Origin: the human T2T-CHM13v2.0 reference genome, Homo sapiens
Length of the DNA: 64,000 nt
Reading direction: 5' to 3' (one strand)
NCBI RefSeq assembly: GCF_009914755.1
Contig: NC_060935.1
Under the pieces are notes generated by a model. It worked only from the letters and a program-made list of their open reading frames with translations, ran no database searches and was not told the origin of the DNA. Shown here in pieces: positions 11,931-25,352 of this stretch (position 1 is its first letter; each line of letters starts with the position of its first letter). Both the position numbers and the translations under genes were made by a program.

Positions 11931-13017
11931 TTTTTAAATTTAACTTCTATTTTAAGTTTAGGGGTAAATGTGCAAGTTTGATATATAGTACTCAATAGTT
12001 ATTTTTTCTGATCCTTTCCCTCCTCCCACCCTCCACCTCCAAGTAGGCTCTAGTGTCTGTAGTTACCCTCTATGTGTCCATTTGTTCTCATCATTTAGCT
12101 TTCACTTATAAATGAAAACATGTGGTATTTGATTTTCTGTTTCTTTATTAGTTTTCTAAGGATAGTGGCCTCCAGCTGCATCCATGTCTTTGCCAAGGAC
12201 ATGATATCATTCTTTTTTTATGGCTGCATAGTATTCCATAGTGTATATGTACCATATATTTTTTTTAATCCAGTCTACCATCGATGGGCATTTTGGTTGA
12301 TTCCATGTCTTTTGCTATTGAAAATAGTGCTGCAATGAGTATACACGTGCATGTGTCTTTAATATAGAACAATTTATATTCCTTTGGGTATATACCCAGT
12401 AATAGAATTGCTGGGTCGAATGGTATTTCTGTTTTTTGTCTTTGAGGAATCACCATACTGTCTTCCACAATGGTGAAACTGATTTAACTTCTACTAACCC
12501 TGTATAAGCATTCCTTTTTCTCCACAACCTCGCCAGCATCTGTTGTTTTTTGGACTTTTTAATGATAGCCATTTTGACTGACATGAGATGGTATCTCATT
12601 GTGGTTTTGATTTGCATTTCTTTAATGATCAGTGATGTTGAGCACTTTAGTTTTATTAGATTCAGTTTGTCAATTTTTGTTTTTATTGCAGTTGCTTTTG
12701 GTGTCTTCATTATGAAACCTTTGCCCATTCCTATGTCCAGAATGGTGTTGCCTACGTTGCCTTGTGGGTTTTTATAGATTTGGGTTTTACATTTAAGTCT
12801 TTAATTAATCTTGAGTTAATTTTTATATATGGTGTAAGGAGGGGATCTAGCTTCATTCTTCTGCCCATGGCTTCCCAGTTATCCAGCACCATTTATTGAA
12901 GTGGGAATCCTTCCTCCATTGCTTGTTTTTGTCAGGTTTGTGAAAGATCAGATAGTTATAGGTACGTGGCCTTATTTCTGGGTTCTGTATTCTGTTCCAT
13001 TGGTCTGTGTGTCTGTT
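11931..13017 (-). mobile_element. primate L1PA (approx. L1PA8-13): 3' non-inverted segment (ORF2 C-terminus + 3'UTR)
   Basis: Antisense L1 3'UTR with the G-rich tract complement (CCCTCCTCCCACCCTCCACC). ORFs 12450-12728 and 12265-12468 translate to ORF2 C-terminal peptides ([11 protein letters not shown]; EIPFDPAILLLGIYPKEYK). Confidence 0.95.
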
Positions 13018-15152
13018 CAGGACCTGAACTGAGCACTGGATCAAATCAACCACAGAACTCTCTACCCAAAAATAACAGAATATACATTCTTCTCATTGCC
13101 ACATGGCACATACTCTAAAATTGATCACATCATTGGAAGTAAAACACTCCTGAGCAAATGCGAAAGACCTGAAATCATAACAAACAATCTCTTGGACTAC
13201 AGTGCAATCAAATTAGAAATCAATACTATGAAATTTACTCAAAACCATACAATTACATGGAAATTTAATAATATGCTCCTGAATAGCTTTTGGGTAAATA
13301 ATGAAATTAAGGCAAAAGTTAAAAAGTTCTTTGAAACTAATGAGAATAAGGATACAACATACTAGAATCTCTGGGACACAGACCAGAGCTAAGAGGGAAA
13401 TTTATACCACTAAATGCCCACATCAAAAAGCTAGAAAGATCTCAAGTTAACCTAACATCACAACAAACAGAACCAGAGAACCAAGGTCAAACAAATCCCA
13501 AAGCTAGCAGACGACAAGAAATAACCAAGATCAGAGCTGAACTGAAGGAGATTGAGACACAAAAAAATTTAAAAGATCAATGAATCCAGAAACTCATTCT
13601 TTGAAAAAACTCAGTAAAATAGACTGCTAGCTAGACTAATAAAGAAGAAAAGAGAGAAGATTCAAATAAACACAATCAGAAGTAATAAGGGGGATAATAC
13701 CACTGACCCCACAGAACTACAAACAACCATTAGAGGAGTCTATATATATAAACTGGAAAATGTAGAAGAACTGGATACATTCCTGGACACATACACCCTC
13801 CCAAGACTGACCCAGGAAGAAATTGAATCCCTGAATAGACTAATCATGAACTCTGAAATTGAGTCAGTAATAAATAGCCTACCAACCAGAAACAAGCCCA
13901 GGATCAGACAGATTCACAGCTAAATTCTACCAGATGTACAAAGAAGAGCTGATACTATTCCCACTGAAACTATTCCAAAAATTGAGGAGGAAGGACTCTT
14001 CTCTAACATGCTATGAGGCCAGCATCATCCTAATACCAAAACCTGGTAGAGACACAACAAAAAAAATAAAACTTCAGGCCAATATCCTTGATGAACATTG
14101 ACGCAAAAATCCTAAAAAAAAAAAAAAATAAAACTGGCAAATGAATCCAGCAGCACATCAGAAAGCTTATTCACCACGATCAAGTAGGCTTTTTCCCTCG
14201 AACGCAAGCTTGGTTCAACATATGTGAATCAATAAATGTGATTCATCACATAAATAGAACCAAAGACAAAAGGCACATGATTATCTCAATAGATGCAGAA
14301 AAAGCTTTCAATAAAATTCAACACCCCTCATGTTAAAAAGTCTCTATAAACTGGGTATCGAAGGAACATACTTCAAAATGATAGGAGCCATCTATGACAA
14401 ACCCACAGCCAACATCATACTGAATGGGCAAAAGCTGGAAGCATTTCCCTTGAAAACTGGCACAAGACAAGGGATGCCCTCTCTCACAACTCCTATTCAA
14501 CATAGTATTGGAAGTCTTGGCCAGAGTAATCAGGCAAGAGAAAGATATAAAAGGGCATTCAAATAGGAAGGGAGGAAGTCAAACTATCCTTGTTTGCAGA
14601 CTACATGATCTTGTAAGTAGAAAACCCCGTAGTCTCAGCCCAAAAGCTTCTTAAGCTGATAAACAACTTCAGCAAAGTCTCAGGATACAAAATAAATGTG
14701 CAAAAAAATTAACGTTACTATGCACCAACAACAGTCAAGCTGACAGCCAAATCAGGAATGCAGTCTTATTCACAATTGCCACACAAAAAATAAAATACCT
14801 AGGAATACAGCTAACCAGGGAGGTGAAAGATCTCTATGAGGAAACTACAAAACACTGCTCAAGTAAATCAAAGATGACATAAACAAATGGAAAAACATCT
14901 CATGCTCATAAATAGAAGAATTAATATCATTAAAATGGTCATACTGCCCAAAGCAGTTTATAGATTCAGTGCTACTCCTATCAAACTACCAACGACATCC
15001 TTCACAGAGCTAGAGAAAACTATTTTAAAATTTATATGGAACCAAAAAACAGCCAAATAGCCAAGGCAATCCTAAGCAAAAAGGACAAAGCTGGAGGCAT
15101 CACACTGACTGCAAACTATATTACAGGGCTACAGTAACCAAAACAGCATGGT
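13018..15152 (+). mobile_element. same L1PA: inverted 5' segment (ORF2 endonuclease end to RT), inactive
   Basis: Peptides [14 protein letters not shown] (EN) and [28 protein letters not shown] (RT). The RT motif FADD reads LFADYMIL* at 14590-14616. Multiple frameshifts are present. Confidence 0.95.
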
Positions 15153-15355
15153 GTTCTTCAAGTATTATCTCTTTCCCATATTCTCTATTTTCTCTTCCTT
15201 GGAACTCCAATTAGACTTGCATTCTGCCTTTGAAGTCTCTCAATCCTGATTTCCACACTTTCCATTTTCCTCTGCTGCACTCTTGGAAATTTATTTAGAT
15301 CTCTCTGCCAGTTAATGAATTCTTCCTTTAGTCACTGAATTCATAATTTCAGTGA

Positions 15356-15409
15356 TCTCTCTCTCTCTCTGTCTCACACACACACACTCACACACACAAA
15401 CACACACAC
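15356..15409. repeat. compound (CT)n(CA)n microsatellite
   Basis: TCTCTCTCTCTCTCTGTCTCACACACACACACTCACACACACAAACACACACAC. Confidence 0.9.
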
Positions 15410-15727
15410 TTCTAGAAATTCTGTTAGTTTAAAATTTTGTTTTCTGGTTTCCTTTGATAGGATCTTTTTCCTTTGTTGTATTTTTAGTCCATGTTAAATT
15501 TTTAAAAACATGAAAAACATTTATTTTTATGACACGTATTAGATAATACTATTATCTAATGTTATTATTAGTCTTATTTCACTGTTTACTCATGTTCTAC
15601 TTACTTTCACTCATAGTGTCTTTTTTTCTTATTCATCTAGTAGTAATTTTGGATTGTGAACTTATTTTCAGCAGCAATTATCATAGGGATCCTGTGAAGC
15701 CTGGATTAAGGATGTACCTGCAAGTAC

Positions 15728-15919
15728 CAGTACTGTTTAATAGAAATTTCCACGGTGATGAAAATGTTTTATATCTTCAGGGTTCATTAATAGTAGCCAC
15801 TAGCCACATGTGATTATTGAGCTCCTGAAATGTGGCTAATGTGAGAAGCCAATTTTGTAACTTAATTTAATTTTAATTAATTAAAAATGTGAATTTACCC
15901 ACCTTACTGGATAGTGCAG
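15728..15919. mobile_element. MER3 hAT-Charlie MITE
   Basis: CAGTACTGTTTAATAGAAATTTCCACGGTGATGAAAATGTT...TAGCCACTAGCCACATGTG...TGAAATGTGGCTA...TGGATAGTGCAG followed by GTCTAGA. Confidence 0.85.
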
Positions 15920-17375
15920 GTCTAGAGAGCTTTGCTTTGGCTTCTTCTAAGTGCATTTGGGAACTGCTAACCTTGGGCCACTCTATGTTAATTTTTTGGA
16001 AATGGCTATCTCACTCTACACAAATAAATAAATTTGACCTTGAAACTGTCAGTGTAGGCCTGTGCTTATACAATTCTAGGGGATATTTTTATATATACAA
16101 GGAAGACATATTCCTCATTATCCATCTCCCTTTTCTGGTGGGCAGATAAATTTTTAGTCCACATGTTCCCCGATGTATGCCTAGTTTTTTATATGCATAC
16201 ATTGCATATGCATAGAGCCCCAGCTTTATTTAAGGATTTAATTTTCCATTTTGAGAAAATCTAAATCCTTCTCTGCTTTCCCAAACAGTCATCGAAACCT
16301 GGTTATAGAGATTGGTAAACAGCTCCAAACAGTTATTTGGGCAGCAACCACTTATATCTCTCTTTTCAGTCCCTCCCTCCTTTTTTTGACCCCTGCAAAC
16401 TTCCCTTAAATTCTTACAAGCTCAGAGAGTCATCTGAAGAAGGGTTTGCTATATTTTATCCAACATTACTGTTTTGTAATACGCAGTTTTCAGGACATGT
16501 ATTCTGCCTTATTGCTGGAAATGGAAGTGTCCCCAGTTCTTTTTGACTGATTAATTTCTTTATTGTGGACAGGTATTGGTAGATTTTCTTGCTGGGCATG
16601 AAGAGAGATGTTTGTTGGTTGTTAAATAACAGAACAGGAATGTAAAAATGTTCCTTTCATGGGCCATTAAATTCAGGAAAAAAATAGATGAAACATGATA
16701 CTATGTATTGGCAACTGAATGCTGTTTATGTGTTTATAGTTAGGGTTTAACATACCTGGCTTATAAGCGAACTGCAAGCATCCATTCTCCCAGCTGCATC
16801 AGGGCACAAAGGATTATTAATATATGAGCCACGAGTCCATGTTGTGAAGGTCATATTGCCTTATTGCAACTGTACAAAAGGCCTGGAAGATAATAATGAG
16901 ATTCAATCAGTGAGGCAATAGATCATAAATGCTTTTGTTGTTTTATGTGTTTTTGGTTGTATTTGGAAAGATAATCTTGGTTTGATGAGTCTATTGGTTA
17001 TAACTAGTCAATATGTTTTCTATGACTCTCCATTTAAAAATGCATATGTAAATTAGATGCTAACACAAGAAAAACAACTATATGATACAGAAACAGAAGG
17101 CCAAGGGTAACTTCTACTAGAAAGAGAAGTATATAACTATATTTGGACTGAGGTAAACAGGGAAGGGTTAGCACTGCTGGCTTATTTTCTGATATTTGCT
17201 TGGCTAAGTTTTTCTTACCAACTCAAACGCCACTGCCAATAGAAATCTTTCCTGACCATCCTGGTCTCTTACTACTCTCTCTGTGCTGTGGCCCTGTTTT
17301 ATTTTCTCCATTGCATTTATCATGATCTGAACACACTGAGATATAATTTTGGAGAGAGTGGGGAGGGGTAGATTA

Positions 17376-17662
17376 GCTCAACTCAACAGTGTGGCCTGTG
17401 GACCAATGCTGGCCTGCAAATGTGTGTTACTAGTTTATGACAAGAAAAAGACTTTGCTCTAGACTGTAAATCAACTATGTCACTAAGCATGCTGTTTATT
17501 TCAGATGATTTTTTTGTTCATTTGTCTGTTTGCATTGTGTTCTTTCTAGCAAGACTTTCTCTTTGAAGGAAGTAGTGAGTGCTGACTTACATTCTGATGT
17601 GAACTCCTTATCCTGTGGACTGTAGGAAAAAGTACTCAGACTAACCACTTTGAGTAACACTG
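17376..17662. mobile_element. hAT-Charlie non-autonomous element (family uncertain)
   Basis: Right terminus CACTTTGAGTAACACTG and left GTGTGGCCTGTGGACC resemble Charlie-type ends. Confidence 0.55.
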
Positions 17663-17774
17663 GGTTAGAGGATGAAGAAGGATCAAAAAGATCAAGGGGG
17701 TGATAAGGGGTTGAAGTGACACTAGTGGGAGATAAATGTAAGGTCAGAGGTGAATTTGAAGGAGCTATGTTTAA

Positions 17775-18125
<351 letters not shown>

Positions 18126-18790
18126 AGGAATTTTTCTTTTTAAAGTTTATGTTTACTCTGTCACAGAAAAGTTTTATATATGACCCCTAAAGAAAAAGTT
18201 ACCACTGCTCATTGATTTTCTAGTTGGAGCAAAATTCAGTATTCTGGGGAAGATGCGTACCAAGGTTTCTGGTAAACATCTTCAATATTGTTATTGCCAA
18301 CTGGTACAATTTTCATTGTATAAAACAAAAAGGTGCAATAATATGGCAGGTTTGCCTTTATTGAGTCCCCATTTAGGAACTAACAGAGAGAAAAGTTCTT
18401 ATCTAAAATGAATAAAATTGGAGGGTAGGAATTCCCAAAGGCAGTTTGAGGTCATTCTGGAGCTGATATATATCTCTAATGCCCTTATTCTATTAACCCA
18501 CACCTTTCTTGGCTTTTGGTGTTACAAAGCCCTCTTTTGAAGGAGCTCAATTTTGTTGCAATGGATGCAATAAATCTTAATAACTTTGTAGAAATTGTAT
18601 AATGTAACTTTTTTACCGATACAAAAGTAACATGATTATTTTGAACATGGTGGAAAATACAGATAAAATATAAATAAAAATATATTTCCTCCTAATCTCA
18701 CCAGCCTAAAATTATCACTAATATTGGTATTTTTTCCCGGCTTTTTTTTTCTTGTGCCCTCATATAATTTTTTTTTACAGGTTGAAATTA

Positions 18791-18825
18791 TTACACACAC
18801 ACACTATATATGTGTGTGTGTGTAA
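18791..18825. repeat. (AC)n-TATATAT-(GT)n inverted microsatellite
   Basis: TTACACACACACAC and GTGTGTGTGTGTAA are exact 14-bp reverse complements with a 7-nt spacer. Confidence 0.9.
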
Positions 18826-21819
18826 ATTTAATACTAGGCATCATGTGAAAAAACTATTTCATTAGAATTACTTGTAAACATCAATTGAATGGTTGAACAA
18901 TATCCTATCACAAAGAGAATAAAATATATACATATTCTACTTCTTTGAACATTTACTTTGCTTTACATTTTTTCCTATTATATGTATGAGTTGATAAACA
19001 TCTTTTTACTCATCTTTGTTTACATTTTGAGGAAATTGCTGTATTAATTAAGTAGTTGTATGCAAATGTATTATCGTGCATCAAAGCCTTGTATCTCTCT
19101 AATATTTATACCTGTGCCTATATTCCTGCCTCTATCATCTTGTGCTCTTTAAGTCATGGATTTGTTGGTAGTCCTGGCTCGGACCCTTCCTGATATGAGC
19201 ACAAAGAAGGAGCTGGTTTACTCTTAATAGAGATTTTTTATGTCTGCTTGGACACTGGATTTTCTCCATCAGTATCATTAGCCAGTCTTTGACTTCTTTG
19301 GTCCTCATAGCCAATCTTAGATTAAAAAGACCAGAATGAGTAGTTCATCCAATTTCAGTAGTTTTCATGGCAAATGTTTAAACCACTTATTACTCATATT
19401 ATCTTGGATTGTTAGAAAAAAATAACTGTTCGCTGACCTAATATAATTTATAAAGCTATTACACATCCTGTTTGTAGCATGAATCATAATAGACCTTAAA
19501 ATTCTAAAAGGATACCATTGTACGAGGAATGATTAAGGGAGAGCAGAGGAAAAAATGAGATTGTCAAGGTCAGTAATCAGTGTCCTTGCTTTAAAAGCAA
19601 TGTCACCTGCTGTGGCTTTCCAGCTTTCCTTTGTCAACTTTCTCCTATTTTATAAATATCTTTAATACATTATTTATGAAATAGGCCCTTTCTTACATCT
19701 ATAAGCAAGCTACAATATACGATTATGTTGAAAGAATTTAGAGAATGATTCCTTTGGTCATAATTTGACATAGTACAGTGAAGAGAACAATGGCACTTGA
19801 CTGAGAAGGCTTGGTGGAAAGTCCAAGCTGCACTATCATGTATCACTGCATGACTCTCAGCAAGTCTCTCCACTGCTTTAAAACTAATCTTCCACGTCAA
19901 TAAGGTAATGCCTTACCTTGCGTAGTCGCTTTGAGTTAACACAACATAGTTAATTGTTAATAAAAATAGTTAATATAAATATAATATCATGGCATTAATG
20001 GATGAACATTCCATGGATATTGAGTTCAATTTTTAGGCTACTTTTTTATAGCAAAAAGTCAGAGAGTCACGTGAAAGGTAACTGAGTTTTATTTCTCACC
20101 AGCTATAGGTTGGGTGGTTAGTATATATTACCTTATCACCTTTCATGATGCTCACAACCACTCTGGAGAAAATGTGGTTCCAAGAGAATGTGTAAGTTGC
20201 TCTGTAAGACCATAGTTCCAGTTGCTTGCAGAAGTGGGATTTGAGCTCACCTGGGTCTGATTCAAAAATTCAAGGTTTTTATACTAGACCATTATTCACA
20301 AAGTTTTAAAAGTGGAAAATGGACAAGAAAACCTAGACCTTGATTTAGTTATGTTTATTCTAATAGTCCTTAAATATGTACAAACAAAATCAGGTGTATA
20401 GTGCTAATAATTATGGGTCTTACACAACTACAAAGAAAGTTACTAGGTAACTGTAAACAAAACTACAGTCGAATACAATTCAAATTAATTACAATGATTT
20501 AACATGACCAAGGATGGTGTTTTGCTGAAGTGAAGTCAGCACTGGCAGTGTGTGTGAAGCGTGGATTCTAAGGTACAGGTTCTTTGGGGCTGGTGTGTGC
20601 ACCGCCACATGTGGCATGGTGATTCATGTTTCTCTTCTTGCTATATTTGAACCATCGCTAAGTCTTCTTTTGAGAAGCATGCTGTAAATACCATCTTGCC
20701 TTCATTTAGCTTGAACACATCATTTATGAATCAAGTCTACTTTTACTTTTTTTCTCATTTGCTAACAATACTTAAAATATAACCTCTTAACACAATGTAT
20801 TATAAACGAAAAACAAAAATGGGCATAAAAATTGCATGGCAGTATTCAGTTATAAAGAATTCATCAAAACAATCCAGAATATGCTTAAATGAAAATGTTA
20901 AGGCTATTGTCAAAATATATTGTTGTATGGGATTCATAGATCCTGGAAACATCTATGTATTATTAATGTCCTGTGGAACCATTTTCAGGGCAGTGGGCCA
21001 TAGTGCTATGGGCCATACTACTATGCTCATGAGCAGCAGCCCACAGGGAAGATAAGGTTTGAGAGGCAACAGGACAAGGGGCTAAGAAAATGAATATTCA
21101 CAGGTATTACGGAGCACAGTATTGCTGTGGAGCAGTATCCATTGAAAGAGTCAATTATGGTGCTAGTCCAAACAGCACATCACCTACATCACCCAGCCAA
21201 AAGCTGGGGCCTCAGATGACAGAGAAGCCAGAAGTTGTCTCAGCACCAGGTGCCTGAAATGGAAACCCATTCTGGAGACAGTGGCTTCCTTACTGTAGCT
21301 ACCTTCTTGTCATCTCTTGGTGGTGAGAGCCAGTACTTTGCCATACTGACCTGAGGACTTGCAGGTGATGACGTTTGAAAACATCTGAGGTAAATGGGAG
21401 GTCAGGGAGCTGTTTCCAACATAAATTCCAAGCTGTGTGTTCCAGCTCTGTTTGAAACTGTATTTTACCGTATTTGGCTTATTACCATGGCAGTAGCTGT
21501 ATGATACAGAATATGCTTTGTGAGATTTCATTTCATTTGAAATGCCTATTTTTTTTTATTTTTAGTGAATCAACATGTCTTTTCATAAATTGAGGACATA
21601 GAATGAATAGCAATTGCAGATCTGTACATTGAAGCATCTTCTGGAATTGCAATAAGCACACTGAAAATTGCTTACGGTGCTATTAATAACTCATAGTGGT
21701 GGAAAAGGGGGCATGGCTATGAAAAAATATATTTTTAAAACAACTGAAGATGGATGCAAGAAAATTTGCCAGTCCCATTTGGGGAGAAAGAGCTGGTGTG
21801 GGCAATGAGAGTACTGCTA

Positions 21820-24020
21820 TTCATTCACCAACTTTAAAAGTATTTATTGTGCACCTACTATGACTGGGCCCAGGCATCTGTGTTCATTGCAGGGGATATA
21901 ACAGTAAAGAGATTGAAAAGCTCTGGCTCTGAACTTGTGAAAGTTATATTCTGGGTGGGAGATGGATATTAAATGAGAAAAGAAACAAATGGACAGATTT
22001 TAATACATGCTAGATGTAAAGTCCTTAAGGTTAGAAAGAACATGGTGTGTTCTAGGGAGTGTGGCTTTTGCTGAGAGAGAAAGGGAGACAGAGGCAGGTC
22101 ATGATGTGCCTCCACCATGATGTCCATGTAAGGGTTCACGTTATGAAAGGTCCATGGGCTATGTTAAGGAATATTCAATTTTTCTAAGTGTAAGAGTTTA
22201 CTAGTAAAGGATTCTAAGCAGAGATGTAACATGTGATTTAGATTTTTATGTGATCCAACGACTGGTTTTTGGTGAATCTATTGGAGGAGGCAATAGCGAA
22301 AGCAGGAATGCCAGGGAAGCTTCTCCAGTGAGAGAGGATGGAGATTGGGTGGTTGCTGTGAAGATAAAGGAAAGTGAATGAGTTTGAGATATATTTATTG
22401 AAGTTAAATGCATGGTACTCGTTTCTGAATTGAATATAGTAGGGTAAAGGAGAGGGAGGAGTCAGGGATCACTCCAGGGTTTCTGGCTTTAGTAACCGCA
22501 GATAATGGAGTCACTTTGAGAAGGGAAATTGCAAGATTTCTATTTGGACCATGTTCTTTTTCAGATATCTGTGAAATACATAAGTGGAGATAAGCAGTAG
22601 AAGGTTGGACACATTAAGTCTTAAGTTCAAAGATATCTGCTACTGGAGATATATCCTGGGAGTTATCAGGATATAAATGACATTTGAAACCATAAAAATG
22701 CTTGAGATTGGCAGAGAGAATGATAGGGCTCAGATCAAATCCTGAGGATGCTTGAAGTTTAGAGTTAGGGTGCAGATGGAGAAGCCAACAAAGAGGATGG
22801 ATACATTGTGCCCAGGGTGATAGAAGGTGCCTTTAGCAAGAAAGCAGCAGCAGGAAGGGATTTTAAGAAGGAGGAGTTAATTCTGTCAAATGCTGCTGAG
22901 ATACATTAGGAGATCAGAAACATATCTACTGTATTTTACTTATCAGGAGGTCTGTTGCTGGTGACCTTGTTGAAGCAGTTTTCATAGGAGTGGTGAGGGC
23001 AGAAAGCTGCCAGAAAGGAAGAGTGAATTAAAAGTAAGAATGTGGAGAAAGCATGTTAAGCAACGCATTTGAGAAGTTTGGCGTAGTAGCAGAAAAATGG
23101 ATCAGAAAGGGCAGATCAGGGGACAAATGGAAATTTGTTTTGCTGTTGTTTGGTTATGTGTATGCATGTTGATGTTTTAAGATGAGCGATACCAGAGCAT
23201 GTATATAAGTGAATGGGAAAGATCCAATAGAGATGTTTGAAGTAGGAAGGAGGGGACCTTTTAGGAGCAAGTGGCTTAACATCTAGGGGTCAAGTGGGGA
23301 AACTGCCCACTGATAGGGGAATGGACATGCCTTTTTTTCTTAACAAGAAGTAAAAGATGGATGCAGGTAGGAGTGTTGATTTGATGGTTGGAGGATGAGA
23401 GTGTTTCTATATTAGACAGTGTGGTTTCTCTGTGAAGTGGGATTATCAAATGAGAGCTGTAAAGTATACATCTGCGGCCTCTGAAGGTAAGAGAAGGTTT
23501 GACTAGTCTCAGAGATGGGGAAGAGGGGCTAAAAGGAATATGTAGTAATGTCCCTCTGACACTCTACACAGCTGGTTGTGTGAACTTGCTTCAGTTAGTT
23601 GTGTGAAAGCACAGAAAAGTAGAAAGTTGAGTTCAAAAAAGTTTAGAGTTTAGCCTGGGCAAGTACATCGGAAAACAGATGGCCAAGGGAGTTGAGCTTA
23701 GGAAAATGATTAAAAAGAAAGATTATCCAGGGCAAGTAAAGGCAGGAGGGCAGGCTGATGAATAGTGAGAAAGTAAATAGATTAACGGATTGGTATCCTC
23801 TATGAGTGAGAAATGTGGCAGAGGCTAAACAATGAAAGTGAGTTGAGAGCCTAAGAGATAGTATTTTGAATCGTAAAAGGTTTTAGGTGAGATGGTTGGA
23901 GCTAGCACAGTTTCTGGTTATGATAAGGCGAGGGTGTGAATAAAGTTGTGAATGTCTGAAGTGGTTTGAGGGAAGAGAGTGTTGAAGGTGACAAGGTCAA
24001 GAAACTGAGAGTCCAGGGAG
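21820..24020 (-). mobile_element. long L2 LINE fragment
   Basis: Starts with the antisense L2 tail (TTCATTCACCAAC...TATTTATTGTGCACCTACTATG). The purine-rich body has L2 motifs such as TGTCAAATGCTGCTGAGA and GGTGACCTTG...GCAGTTTTCATAGGAGTGGTGAGGGCAGAA. Confidence 0.8.
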
Positions 24021-24039
24021 ACTTTTTCATAGTAGTATT

Positions 24040-24300
24040 TTGAGTGTTTTTCAAATTGTTCTGTGGCATACAGAAATTATATACATAGGAAATGTTTTAT
24101 AGAGAAGAGTTTCATGTTCAAATACACTTGGTAAACACTGCATACTATTCTATCACCTTCTTCCTCACAATCTGTATTAGCATAATAGTTTATATTAGCA
24201 TATAGAAAGCTCCAAGAAGCTCTGCTGGAAAGATACCTGTTTAATGTACTTAATTAATTTATGTTAATTTTATTTTAGAACTTTTCTGTTCTTGACCACC
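24040..24300. mobile_element. hAT-Charlie MITE (MER103-like)
   Basis: AAACACTGCATACTAT...TTAGCATATAGAAAGCTCCAAGAAGCTCTGC...ACCTGTTTAA resembles recalled consensus. Family assignment is uncertain. Confidence 0.45.
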
Positions 24301-24755
24301 TCCTCATTTCTTACCTTTGCTAAATTTTCTTGGCTGTTTTCACCATTGCAGTCTTCCAGACTAACATAGCCACATTTCAGTAATAATCCTATATGGACTC
24401 TAATTGAAATTAAATTAAACATATAATTAAATTTCAGAATAACTGCCTTTTAAACATTCTTTAGTTTAGTCATAAATGCCTTTCCACGTATTCAAATACT
24501 CTTGAGTCTCTAGGTAAAGTTTTATAATCCCCCCAACACACACATATGTCCTCTCTGAATATTTCTTGTTAATGTTATTTCTGGTTATCGTTTGTTGTGC
24601 TGCTAATATGGTGATTATCTTTTTCCATTGTATTTTGTACCATTTTATTGCAGGCATTTAAGGATGCTATTGATTTCTGTATATTTACTTTATATCTGTC
24701 TTTATTACTGAACTCTTTTGTGAGTATTAATGGCATTTTAATTCATTCTCTAAGG

Positions 24756-25315
24756 CAGTGTTTTTAAGTCTCTGTAAGGTATAGACCAATTTTTAAAGAG
24801 AAAAAATGTTTTGAGCAACCTGACAATTTAAATTATTTTTGAGATAATAAGAAGAATATTTCTAAAATGTAAAACTTATAACTAAGAGTACACTTCTTAT
24901 TCTGGTGGCTTTTAATCATAAACCACAAAACTAATCAACATCAAGTTAACAGCACTTATCATATATGTTCTTACTACCATTATTTGGCTGAATTCAAACC
25001 AGTGCTTTTGGTATGGCTGTGTACTGACTGTTTCAGCCTAGATTGGGTTTAGCATGCCTCAACTATAATGTGTTCTGTGCAGGCTCAATTCTCTCTCTGG
25101 TTTCCTCTTTTCCCATCACTGCAAGACCTTCGTTTATATCATTACTTGATGAAAATGCAAAATTTATGTTATGTCCGACTTTGTTCTTTTCTTATCAATA
25201 CTCAGTGATTAAAACAGTAATACTTAGGAGCAATTGTGTCCCAATCAAGTGACATTCACAACTATAATTATTCTTGGCCTGCAGGCCAAATGCAGCTTTG
25301 CCCATTTATTTACTC

Positions 25316-25352
<37 letters not shown>

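Larger units (their letters stand above)
10760..16540 (-). mobile_element. ancient L1M/L1ME fragment, interrupted by Alu, inverted L1PA and MER3
   Basis: Removing the insert and one TSD copy (11931-15166) restores a continuous antisense old-L1 motif: TGGAAAATTTTCAGCTATTCT(C/T)CAAGTATT-ATCTCTTTCCCATATTCTCT...GGAACTCCAATTAGAC. Outer limits are approximate. Confidence 0.6.

Noticed and set aside
13096-14566. Endonuclease/reverse-transcriptase-like ORFs as a functional or domesticated RT gene
   Set aside because: They are fragments of a dead L1 ORF2 with frameshifts, stops and catalytic FADD changed to FADY, and there is no promoter or ORF1.
19905-19945. Strong minus-strand donor AAG|GTAAGG
   Set aside because: It falls inside a degraded MIR and has no paired acceptor.
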